From Patescibacteria group bacterium (GTDB lineage Bacteria; Patescibacteriota; Microgenomatia; UBA10105; UBA927), in the NCBI GenBank assembly GCA_023379025.1, contig JAMCTH010000005.1:20663-84662 (forward strand): 64,000 bases of DNA, in the 5' to 3' direction. A model generated the notes under the pieces. That model was not told the origin of the DNA and did not search any database. It saw nothing but the letters and a program-made list of their open reading frames with translations. A program made the translations under genes and the position numbers. This document shows, piece after piece, positions 1 to 8,138 of this stretch; position 1 is the stretch's first letter; every line of letters starts with the position of its first letter.

Positions 1-815
1 TGTTCCGTATATTCTACGACTTTTATCCTCTGCCGTTGCCAATCAATGGTTTTAGCATTGTACATGGCGATATCTGCCTGATTAAAGAGATCCTGTGCAG
101 TTAAACCCGGAAGACTCTCCTGATTAAAATGAACTACTCCTACGCTTAATCCTATGGCTTCCATACCTGGTAGGTTCTTATTCAGCTCATACTGCCGTTC
201 CAATCTGCGTTGTAATTCTTCTACCGGTATATCTCCCGCTCCGAAAAATATCAGTCCGTACTCATCTCCATTTTCTGCCTTGCCGGCTACATGGGCATCG
301 ATGTTTCGACGAGTCCCGTCAAATCCAAGGCCCGCGATATCATACGGCCTCTTGATTGCGGAAACCATGTTACCCACCGTCTGAAGCACCTGATTACCAA
401 TCTCATGCCCATGTACATCGTTTACGCCTTTTTTAAAATGATCAATATCGATCACGATAACTGATACGGTTCCAGGGATGTTCTCCCGGATCATATCCAT
501 ATACCGATTAGTTATGCTAACAAGAACTGGTTTATTCGGAAGACTGGTAAGATAATCGCGTTGGGCCTTTTGGGCTTCGTAAAACGATGACACAACTCCA
601 CGCCTAAGCATACTCTCAAACACGGGTACGTCGACATTGGGTAAGGCAATAGGGAGAAGCCGGAATAACAAATCGTCATAAAGCCGTGCATATTCCTCAC
701 GAAGGTGTGCTTTAAGACCGCGGAGAAGAAGAGGGGGAGGCTTGTACCGAAGCCGATTATAAGCCTCGCGCTCGGGTAATGACAGAAGCTCCAATGCACC
801 TTCCGATGGACTCAT
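1..815 (-). CDS. GGDEF-domain protein with degenerate active site (3' end runs off the window; absent from the ORF track)
   Basis: Manual translation from ATG 815, which overlaps the gatB TGA (ATGA), stays open to the window edge. Motifs [50 protein letters not shown]. Confidence 0.85.
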   Translation of the reverse strand, partial: MSPSEGALELLSLPEREAYNRLRYKPPPLLLRGLKAHLREEYARLYDDLLFRLLPIALPNVDVPVFESMLRRGVVSSFYEAQKAQRDYLTSLPNKPVLVSITNRYMDMIRENIPGTVSVIVIDIDHFKKGVNDVHGHEIGNQVLQTVGNMVSAIKRPYDIAGLGFDGTRRNIDAHVAGKAENGDEYGLIFFGAGDIPVEELQRRLERQYELNKNLPGMEAIGLSVGVVHFNQESLPGLTAQDLFNQADIAMYNAKTIDWQRQRIKVVEYTE

Positions 816-2215
816 AGCGAATAGTTTGCCAATAATTCTTTCAGTCGCGTGAGGATCAATTTTGGGTCCGCAGCAATCTGCTTCCTCACCTGTCCCATAA
901 GGAACATAAGGCTTGCTTCCTTGCCGTTTTTGTAATCGGCGGCGGCTTTGGGATTGTCCGTGATGGCCTTCTGAATTGCGGCATCCACGTCATCGTCGGA
1001 TACGGTTACCGCCTCTGACGCTTCCATAATGCGTTTCACAAGCTCGGCAGGAAGCACCGTCTCCGTATCGATGCCGCGGTTGATAAGCCAGTTCGCTATC
1101 TGTTTCGGCGTGACCGGGGCTTTTGCGCCGAGCGTACGGCCTACCCGTACGGCTTCCTCAAAGTAGTCGGCGCGCTGCCGCCTCTCCGTAATGCGTACGG
1201 CATCGGCTGCGTTGAGCCCGTAGTCCTTCGTAAACCGGGAACGCTTCGCGTCCGGCAGCTCCGGAATCCGGGATCTGAGCACTGAAATTTGGGATCGTCT
1301 CCACTGCATGGGAGGGATATCCGGCTCCGGAAAATAGCGGTAATCGTTTGCTTCTTCCTTATGGCGCTGCGGCACGGTCATGTTTTTGCCTTCGTTCCAT
1401 CCGCGCGTTTCCTGGACGGGCTCTTCCCCGCGGACCAGAACTTCGGTTTGACGGGCTATTTCATACTCGAGTGCCTTCCTGCCGAAGCGGAACGAATTGA
1501 TGTTTTTGAGCTCCACGCGATAGGGCGGCAATGCCTTTAAATCTTGGGATGTCGGGTTTTTTGGAGATTTGGTCATTGGGATTTGTGATTTACGCATCGA
1601 TATTGACGGTTCGAGCCTCATGCTGCCTTTTTCCATATCCGCATTGGAAATGCCGAGATAGCGCACGATCTCCTGGAGTTTTTTGAGATAAATGTCGACT
1701 TCGTCAACCGAGCAAAAATCCGGCTCCGTCACGATCTCGACAAGCGGCACGCCGCTCCGGTTAAAGTCGATAAGGGAGACGTGCCTGCCGTCTACGGTCT
1801 CGTGGAGGAGCTTGCCCGTATCTTCTTCCATGTGGACCCGGCGGATACGGATCGGCTTGGCGCTGCCTCCCGGCAATGCTATCGAGAGAAGTCCCCCGAT
1901 ACAGAGCGGCTGATCGTACTGACTGATCTGATAGCCCTTGGGCAGATCAGGGTAAAAATAATGTTTCCGGTCGAATTTACTCACTTCGGGGATGCTGCAG
2001 CCCAAGGCAAGCCCCAACATGATGCACCACTCGACCGCCTTCCGGTTCGGGACAGGAAGCGCTCCCGGAAGCCCCAGACATACCGGACAGCAGTCTGTAT
2101 TGGGCTTGTGGCCGAAATAGTCGGCACTGCAGCCGCAGAACATCTTGCTCCGGGTCGCAAGCTCGACATGGACTTCCAGACCGATGACCGGTTCGAATTG
2201 CTGATCCATACTCAT
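812..2215 (-). CDS. gatB: Asp/Glu-tRNA amidotransferase subunit B
   Basis: [44 protein letters not shown]; follows gatA. Start may be 2209, 2215 or 2224. Confidence 0.97.
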   Translation of the reverse strand: MSMDQQFEPVIGLEVHVELATRSKMFCGCSADYFGHKPNTDCCPVCLGLPGALPVPNRKAVEWCIMLGLALGCSIPEVSKFDRKHYFYPDLPKGYQISQYDQPLCIGGLLSIALPGGSAKPIRIRRVHMEEDTGKLLHETVDGRHVSLIDFNRSGVPLVEIVTEPDFCSVDEVDIYLKKLQEIVRYLGISNADMEKGSMRLEPSISMRKSQIPMTKSPKNPTSQDLKALPPYRVELKNINSFRFGRKALEYEIARQTEVLVRGEEPVQETRGWNEGKNMTVPQRHKEEANDYRYFPEPDIPPMQWRRSQISVLRSRIPELPDAKRSRFTKDYGLNAADAVRITERRQRADYFEEAVRVGRTLGAKAPVTPKQIANWLINRGIDTETVLPAELVKRIMEASEAVTVSDDDVDAAIQKAITDNPKAAADYKNGKEASLMFLMGQVRKQIAADPKLILTRLKELLANYSL

Positions 2216-2222
2216 GATACGC

Positions 2223-2252
2223 ACACTTCGATGTATCGATACATCGAAGTGT
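2223..2252. repeat. 30-bp perfect palindrome between gatA and gatB
   Basis: acacttcgatgtatc|gatacatcgaagtgt, no loop. 22 nt of it recur at 5592-5613. Confidence 0.95.
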
Positions 2253-3667
2253 TAAAACCCCTCGGGATGTACGTTGTAATATGCTGTTTCTTTCTCAAAT
2301 GCCGCACCGATTTTATATAATAATGGTTCCGAAAACTGCGGCCCGGCGAGCTGCATGCCGACCGGCAGACCCCGGGTAAATCCGGCGGGAACGGAGAGTG
2401 ACGGAACCCCCGCGATGTTCATGGGACAAAGGAATATATCGGAAAGGTACATCGTAAGCGGGTCGGCCGTCTTTTCCCCGATCCGAAACGGCGGGGTCGG
2501 CGATGAAGGAACGAGAAGTGCGTCAACCGTCCCGAAGACGTCAGCAAAATCTTTCCTTATGAGGGTACGTACTTTCGAAGCTTTACGGTAGTAGGCGTCG
2601 TAATAGCCTGCGGAAAGCGTATGCGTCCCGAGCATGATACGGCGCTTGGCCTCCGGTCCGAAGGTGTCACGACCCAGACCGAAACGCACACCGTCAAACC
2701 GTGCCAGGTTCGAGCTGATCTCGGAAGGCACGAGGATGTAATAGCAGGCCATGGCCGCTCCGGTATGCGGGAGGGACACCTGCCGTACCGCGGCACCGAG
2801 TTTCTTGAATACGAGGACCGCATCCTCAATGGTTTTCGCTACGTCCGGATCCATACCTTCGACCCCGTAGTATTCTTTCGGCAGACCGATCGTGACGCCT
2901 TTGAGCGTTCCCGTCGTTTTCGGCACATACGCCGGTACCGCAACATCCGCCGTGGTCGCGTCATACGGGTCGTGACCCGCAGTGACTCCCAAGACCATGG
3001 CATTATCGCGGACGGTCCGCGTGATATGGCCGATCGTATCAAAGGAGGACGCCATGGGGATGATGCCGTACCGGGATACCCTGCCATAGGTAGGCTTGAG
3101 TCCCACCAGGTTGCAGTACGCGGCGGGAAGCCGTACGGAGCTGCCGGTATCCGTGCCCGTGGCCATGAGGCACATACCGCTTGCGACAGCCGCGGCAGAG
3201 CCGGAACTCGAGCCGCCGGGAACGCGACCGGTGTCATACGGATTTCTCGTGGGTTCGTAGTCCGTGTTTTCTCCCGAAGACCCGTGTCCCCAGGCATCCT
3301 CATTGGTTTTTCCGACGATAACCGCACCTGCTTCTTTGAGTTTATAGACTACGGTGGCGTCAAACGGAGGAACATAGCTCCCGATGATCCGGGAACCTGC
3401 TGTCGTGCGGATACCTTTTGTCGTAAACAGGTCTTTAAGGGCGACCGGGATACCGAGAAGCGGTCCGTCCAGTCCCCCGGCAATGCGTCTGTCTGCTTCA
3501 TCTGCAGCCGACAATGCCTCATCTTCCGTGACGGTCAGAAAGGCATGGAGGGAACCGTCATATCGCCTGATACGCGCAAGGCACATCCCGGTAAGCTCAC
3601 GGGAAGAAATGGTACGGGCCCGAAGCTTTTGCCGCGCTTCTTCGATGGTCATATATGCTGTATCCAT
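2252..3667 (-). CDS. gatA: Asp/Glu-tRNA amidotransferase subunit A
   Basis: Amidase signature PGGSSSGSAAAV, GTDTGSSVRLPA, GLKPTYGRVSRYG. Confidence 0.97.
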   Translation of the reverse strand: MDTAYMTIEEARQKLRARTISSRELTGMCLARIRRYDGSLHAFLTVTEDEALSAADEADRRIAGGLDGPLLGIPVALKDLFTTKGIRTTAGSRIIGSYVPPFDATVVYKLKEAGAVIVGKTNEDAWGHGSSGENTDYEPTRNPYDTGRVPGGSSSGSAAAVASGMCLMATGTDTGSSVRLPAAYCNLVGLKPTYGRVSRYGIIPMASSFDTIGHITRTVRDNAMVLGVTAGHDPYDATTADVAVPAYVPKTTGTLKGVTIGLPKEYYGVEGMDPDVAKTIEDAVLVFKKLGAAVRQVSLPHTGAAMACYYILVPSEISSNLARFDGVRFGLGRDTFGPEAKRRIMLGTHTLSAGYYDAYYRKASKVRTLIRKDFADVFGTVDALLVPSSPTPPFRIGEKTADPLTMYLSDIFLCPMNIAGVPSLSVPAGFTRGLPVGMQLAGPQFSEPLLYKIGAAFEKETAYYNVHPEGF

Positions 3668-3668
3668 G

Positions 3669-3995
3669 CTATGATTCCCCGTCCAAAATTGCTTTCACTT
3701 TCACAAATCCGTTATAAGCATCCGGTGCGTTGGCAAGTACTGCATCCTGGGAGAGGGAACGGGAGGGATCAACGACGTCTTCACGGAACACGTTTGAACG
3801 CCCGGTGACCTGCGAAGTCTCCTCGACGCCATCTGTCGGCGTGGCCGAAAGTTCGGAAATATATCCGACGACCCGGGTGAGTTGCGGAGACAGTGTTTCT
3901 TCTTCTTTCGTCGAAAGCCTAAGATGAGCAAGTGCCGCAGCGTGCTGAATGTCATGACGCGTCAATGAGACTGCTGATCTTTTCTGTTGCCCCAT
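3669..3995 (-). CDS. gatC: Asp/Glu-tRNA amidotransferase subunit C
   Basis: HAAALAHLRL, FREDVV, ANAP...FVKV; directly upstream of gatA. Confidence 0.92.
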   Translation of the reverse strand: MGQQKRSAVSLTRHDIQHAAALAHLRLSTKEEETLSPQLTRVVGYISELSATPTDGVEETSQVTGRSNVFREDVVDPSRSLSQDAVLANAPDAYNGFVKVKAILDGES

Positions 3996-4033
3996 GCACT
4001 CATTATACCGGAAAGGGCTACGTGAGGAAATAA

Positions 4034-4273
4034 TTATGGGAAATATCCCAGGGACTCGAAAAGTCCTCCGGCTCCTGAGGTGAACGCCCGGGACAAAACC
4101 GGATCGGAGCGGATAAGGGGAAGTGACCAGGCAAGGATATAAAAAAATTCCTCAACATCTGCTCTAAGACTTACTTCGGCACATGTCGACTGCTGAAGAT
4201 TCCATGCAGTCATCCGTCCAAGGGTTTCTGCCCACCCCGGCGTACCGATAATCTCCGCGGCAACGGTTTCCAT
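4034..4273 (-). CDS. small hypothetical protein
   Basis: 79-aa ORF filling the gatD-gatC gap, preceded by a TGGTATACT extended -10-like element. Confidence 0.4.
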   Translation of the reverse strand: METVAAEIIGTPGWAETLGRMTAWNLQQSTCAEVSLRADVEEFFYILAWSLPLIRSDPVLSRAFTSGAGGLFESLGYFP

Positions 4274-4301
4274 CAGAATACATCCAGTATACCACCCGGC
4301 G

Positions 4302-5093
4302 TCAGATACGGTTCAAGACGGCAGTTTGAGCACGGTATTCGAGCGTGTCATCAAGCGCGGGTAACGGAATCCGTTTTCCGTATTTGGTTTCAAGCGCGCG
4401 TTGTATCAGCCAGTCCGCAAGCAGCGGATTTTTCGGGAGAAGCGGCCCGTGGAAGTAACTGCCGACGGCATGCTTATAGACGGCACCTTCAAAACCGTCT
4501 TCCCCGTTGTTCCCGAACCCTTTGATGACTTTTGCCAGGGGCTTGAGCGCCGGTCCGAGGTACGTCCTGCCGCCGTGGTTTTCAAATCCGACAATAGTAG
4601 TTCTTTTAGTCATTCTGGCGTGTCCAGAATCTGATTCTGGAGTCGCTGACGCTCCCCAGAATGACGGCAAAATCTCGGCAACCACGTTTCCTATCAAACG
4701 TTTGGCCTGATCGCCGGAGTGCTCGGTATAGAGGTCAAAAATTCCCGGACCGGGAATGCGGTCCCCCTGATAGGGCTTGTAATACCTCCCGACCGCCTGA
4801 TACGCGGCACAGACAAAGAGCGCCGGGACTCCGCGTTCCACCATGTCTCTCATAATCGGGCTTTTCCGCTCCAGAAAATCACGCCCGGCGATTTTCTGCT
4901 GCCGGTCCTGCGCCCCTCCCATGAAGATAAGGTCGGAGGATTTCAGTTCGCGGACCGCTGTACCGAGGCTAATGTCTTTGACTATAACATCAATACCCCG
5001 CCACTCGGCCCTTTTGGTAACCGCGATGATATTCCCGCGATCCCCGTACGTGGACATAAGATCCGGATAGAGCCACGCGATATTCAAATTCAT
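4302..5093 (-). CDS. gatD: lipid II isoglutaminyl synthase glutaminase subunit (CobQ/GATase_3-like)
   Basis: YGDRGN, GGAQD, catalytic VCAAYQ, GFENHGG, SYFHGPLLPKNP; downstream of murT. Confidence 0.9.
   Translation of the reverse strand: MNLNIAWLYPDLMSTYGDRGNIIAVTKRAEWRGIDVIVKDISLGTAVRELKSSDLIFMGGAQDRQQKIAGRDFLERKSPIMRDMVERGVPALFVCAAYQAVGRYYKPYQGDRIPGPGIFDLYTEHSGDQAKRLIGNVVAEILPSFWGASATPESDSGHARMTKRTTIVGFENHGGRTYLGPALKPLAKVIKGFGNNGEDGFEGAVYKHAVGSYFHGPLLPKNPLLADWLIQRALETKYGKRIPLPALDDTLEYRAQTAVLNRI
4609..4665. repeat. 57-nt nested inverted repeat (REP-like) in frame inside gatD
   Basis: Outer arms gtcattctgg/ccagaatgac; inner tccagaatc-t-gattctgga; length is a multiple of 3. Confidence 0.85.
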
Positions 5094-5118
5094 TGTTATA
5101 ACAACCAAAATGTGCCGT

Positions 5119-5148
5119 CAGTGTAAATGAATCGATTCATTTACACTG
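5119..5148. repeat. 30-bp perfect palindrome between murT and gatD
   Basis: cagtgtaaatgaatc|gattcatttacactg. Confidence 0.95.
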
Positions 5149-5153
5149 CGGTT

Positions 5154-6479
5154 TTACAGAATGTGTTTACCTGTAAGAATCTTTCTCACCTCTAACATCG
5201 CCGAATAGGTCGGCAGGACATACAATGTTTCGCCCGGTCGGACCCTGTCTAGCGCGCTCTCGATTGCGCGCGGTAGCTCCGGTTCTCTGTGGTATTCCGT
5301 CATACCCGAATATTTCATCCGGAGCGCCAGGTCATATACCCGGTCGCCGCTTACGACAGCCTGTACACCGGGAGGGACCGTTTCAAAATCCACATCCCAG
5401 ATCCAGGACACGTCGCGCCCGTCCGGAATCCGGTCATTAAGGACCAGGAGGACCGCTGTTGCCTTCAGTTCGATGACCGTGCGCAGTGAAGCGTTAAAGC
5501 CGGCCGGGTTTTTTGATAAGAAAAGTTTTATCTTCTTCCCGTCTTTGACGAATTCTTCCTGCCTGCCGAATGCGGGCGTAAATCCCGCGAGACTTCGATG
5601 TATCGATACATCGGTGCAACCAACGAGTTTCCCGACGCATCCTGCCGCGCGCGTGTTGTAAAGATTATAGAGCCCCGGAAGCGGAGACCGGAGCCGGGAG
5701 GCCTGCACCGGGGGCCTTGCGAAACCGCAATGCGGGCATGACCATACGCCCAAATGAGAAAAGTAAACGCCCTGGTAGAAAAGCTTCCGGCCGCAGCGCG
5801 GACAGTATGCGGAATCAGTGGCATGTTCCGCCTTTTTTAAGAAGAAAGACGGCGAGTCAATCCCGAAAAACACCGTCGGGAGAGCGCTTTTTTGGGCTAT
5901 AGAGACGATGAGCGGATCATCGGCATTGGCAATAAGCTGAATGTCAGCACATTGTCTTCCCCTCTTCCCGTCTCCCGGACTCCGTATCTTTAATGCCTTC
6001 TCCCACTTTTCGGCGATGATGTCGACTTCCCCGTACCGGTCGAGCTGATCGCGGAAAAGGTTGAGGAAAACAATGTTGACCTGACGGCCGTGCATGAAAG
6101 GTAACAGCAGCGGTAATGAATTTTCGTCTACTTCAAACACGCCCCAATCCGCATCGATACGTCCCGTCCGGGAAGCAGATTTGATGCATGCGGAAACGAT
6201 GCCGTTCAACAAATTTGCTCCGCTTGCATTATGCACAATCCGCTCACCGTTATCCTCAAGAATTTTTTTGATCATGAGGGAAGTGGTCGTTTTCCCGTTG
6301 GTTCCCGCCACAATGATGACGCCTTTCCGGAGATCCGAGGTAAAATCGTTGAGTATGTCCGGCTTAGCATAGAGTGCAAGCTCTCCCGGCCATGTCGCAC
6401 CAGCGCCAAGATTCAAAAATCTGCTTAGACGGGAAACGAGGTTATTCAGGATTACGATTACGGAAATCGGAATATTCAT
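5154..6479 (-). CDS. murT: lipid II isoglutaminyl synthase Mur-ligase-like subunit
   Basis: GTNGKTTT, GANL, EVDE, NLFRDQLDRYGE, CPRC/CPHC zinc finger, KNPAG, DGRDVSWIWD, TYSAML. Confidence 0.93.
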   Translation of the reverse strand: MNIPISVIVILNNLVSRLSRFLNLGAGATWPGELALYAKPDILNDFTSDLRKGVIIVAGTNGKTTTSLMIKKILEDNGERIVHNASGANLLNGIVSACIKSASRTGRIDADWGVFEVDENSLPLLLPFMHGRQVNIVFLNLFRDQLDRYGEVDIIAEKWEKALKIRSPGDGKRGRQCADIQLIANADDPLIVSIAQKSALPTVFFGIDSPSFFLKKAEHATDSAYCPRCGRKLFYQGVYFSHLGVWSCPHCGFARPPVQASRLRSPLPGLYNLYNTRAAGCVGKLVGCTDVSIHRSLAGFTPAFGRQEEFVKDGKKIKLFLSKNPAGFNASLRTVIELKATAVLLVLNDRIPDGRDVSWIWDVDFETVPPGVQAVVSGDRVYDLALRMKYSGMTEYHREPELPRAIESALDRVRPGETLYVLPTYSAMLEVRKILTGKHIL

Positions 6480-6556
6480 CCTGAAAGCAATTATCTCACA
6501 CCCGCTGTGTCATTTCGAATGAAGCGAAAGTCAGGAAGTTATTCGACAGCTGTCAT

Positions 6557-7456
6557 TTACATGGACCGGAGTATTTTTATCCTCTCCTCAATCGGCGGAT
6601 GCGTGTCAAAGAGTCCTGCAAACCATGAGCCGAAACTTTTGCCTTTGAACGGATTGACGATGAAAAGATGCGCCGTCGCATTGGTGGACTGCGCCATAAC
6701 GTGCCGGTCGGCGGCAAGCTTCTCAAGCGCCCGCGCCAGTCCTTCCGGATACCGGGTAAGGTAGGCGCCCGACGCATCGGCCAGAAGTTCGCGCCGCCGC
6801 GAAACGGCAAGCTGGATAAGGGTCGCGAGGACCGGTGAAATGATGGCAAGAACGATGCCGACGACGAGAAACAGCTGCCCGCCGGAACGGTTTTCGTCGC
6901 TCTCTCTTCTGCCGCCGCCCCACCAGAGGCTCCTCATGAAGAGATCCGTAAGGAACACGATAGTACCGACCAGGACTGCAACAACGGCAAGAAGCCGCGT
7001 GTCGTAATTTTTGACATGCGACAGTTCGTGGGCTATGACGCCCTCAAGCTCCGTACGGTCGAGCTTCCCGAGGATGCCGCTTGTGGCGCAGACCACGGCG
7101 TGCTGAGGATCCCGGCCCGTCGCAAACGCGTTCATGGCTGGGTCGTCAATGACATAGAGTTTGGGCTTGGGGAGCCCGGCTGCCATGGCGAGATTTTCTG
7201 CAACAGTATAGAAGTTAAAGTCGCGCTTACGGTCCGCGGGGCGCGCGCCCGTCATGGCCAGAACCATCTTGTCCCCCCAATAGTAACTGCCGAAGCTTGA
7301 AATGACGGCAAGAAATACCGCTATCCACATCCAGGAGTTGCCATACCCCAGAGCCTGTCCCAGGACATAGCCGATGAGGACGACAAATACGACAAACCCC
7401 ACCATAAACGCATAGGTTTTGGTTTTATTGGACGAAATCTGCGATTGTATACTCAT
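6557..7456 (-). CDS. htpX: HtpX-family M48 zinc metalloprotease
   Basis: NAFATG, HELSH, ELLAD, THPP; follows lemA. ORF extends in frame to 7549. Confidence 0.92.
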   Translation of the reverse strand: MSIQSQISSNKTKTYAFMVGFVVFVVLIGYVLGQALGYGNSWMWIAVFLAVISSFGSYYWGDKMVLAMTGARPADRKRDFNFYTVAENLAMAAGLPKPKLYVIDDPAMNAFATGRDPQHAVVCATSGILGKLDRTELEGVIAHELSHVKNYDTRLLAVVAVLVGTIVFLTDLFMRSLWWGGGRRESDENRSGGQLFLVVGIVLAIISPVLATLIQLAVSRRRELLADASGAYLTRYPEGLARALEKLAADRHVMAQSTNATAHLFIVNPFKGKSFGSWFAGLFDTHPPIEERIKILRSM

Positions 7457-7555
7457 ATCTTTTACTTCCCCGACGGAACACCCCCACCAGCCACCGGATA
7501 TAGCCTCAACCGCTTCCAGTGCTTCGGGAGAAAGTCCCCTATCAGACATGACGCG

Positions 7556-8113
7556 TTACTCAAAAGCAACGTGTACGGGTTTTTTATCCTCATCCGACGC
7601 ACCGAAAAATTCCTTTTCCGCAAATCCCATCTGACCGGCCATGAGGTTGGTCGGGAACATACGGATTTTCGCGTTATAGTCCATGACGGTCGTGTTGTAA
7701 AATTGCCTGCTGTAGGCTACTTTGTCTTCCGTGTCCGTCAGTTCACGCTGAAGCTCCAGAAAATTTTCATTGGCTTTCAGCTGCGGATAGTTTTCCGCAA
7801 GCGCGATAAGCTTCCCCAACGCATTGGTCAGAAGGTCGCTTGCCGCAGCTTTTTTCGGGACGGATGTAGCTCCCAGCATGGCTTTATGGGCGTTCGTTAC
7901 TTCAGTGAAAACGCTTTTCTCGTGCTTAGCATACCCCTTGACGGTCGCGACAAGATTAGGGATGAGATCAGCGCGCCGCTTCAACTGCACGTCTATCTGA
8001 GCCCATGCCTCCTCGATCTGGGTCTTCATGGACACGAGACTGTTGTACATGCTCCAGAGCCAGAGCGCTATAAGGACAACAATTCCTCCGATGATAACGA
8101 GTGGTGTAGACAT
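7556..8113 (-). CDS. lemA: LemA family protein
   Basis: N-terminal TM, IDVQLKRRADLIPNLV, ENYPQLKAN, RQFYN. Confidence 0.95.
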   Translation of the reverse strand: MSTPLVIIGGIVVLIALWLWSMYNSLVSMKTQIEEAWAQIDVQLKRRADLIPNLVATVKGYAKHEKSVFTEVTNAHKAMLGATSVPKKAAASDLLTNALGKLIALAENYPQLKANENFLELQRELTDTEDKVAYSRQFYNTTVMDYNAKIRMFPTNLMAGQMGFAEKEFFGASDEDKKPVHVAFE

Positions 8114-8138
8114 AGGTCACCTCCTTTCTCGACAATTT

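Noticed and set aside
2621-3808. 395-aa plus-strand ORF and similar long antisense ORFs (47579..48727, 46213..47202, 41737..42609, 36531..37418)
   Set aside because: Shadows of clear housekeeping genes in GC-rich DNA, with no motifs.
812-6479. Functional link between gatCAB and murT-gatD
   Set aside because: Different pathways despite the similar names; gatC has its own -10 element and an ORF lies between them.
7457-7549. HtpX N-terminal extension as another repeat-derived peptide
   Set aside because: Inverted repeat is too weak and there is no second copy in the window; the start is unresolved.
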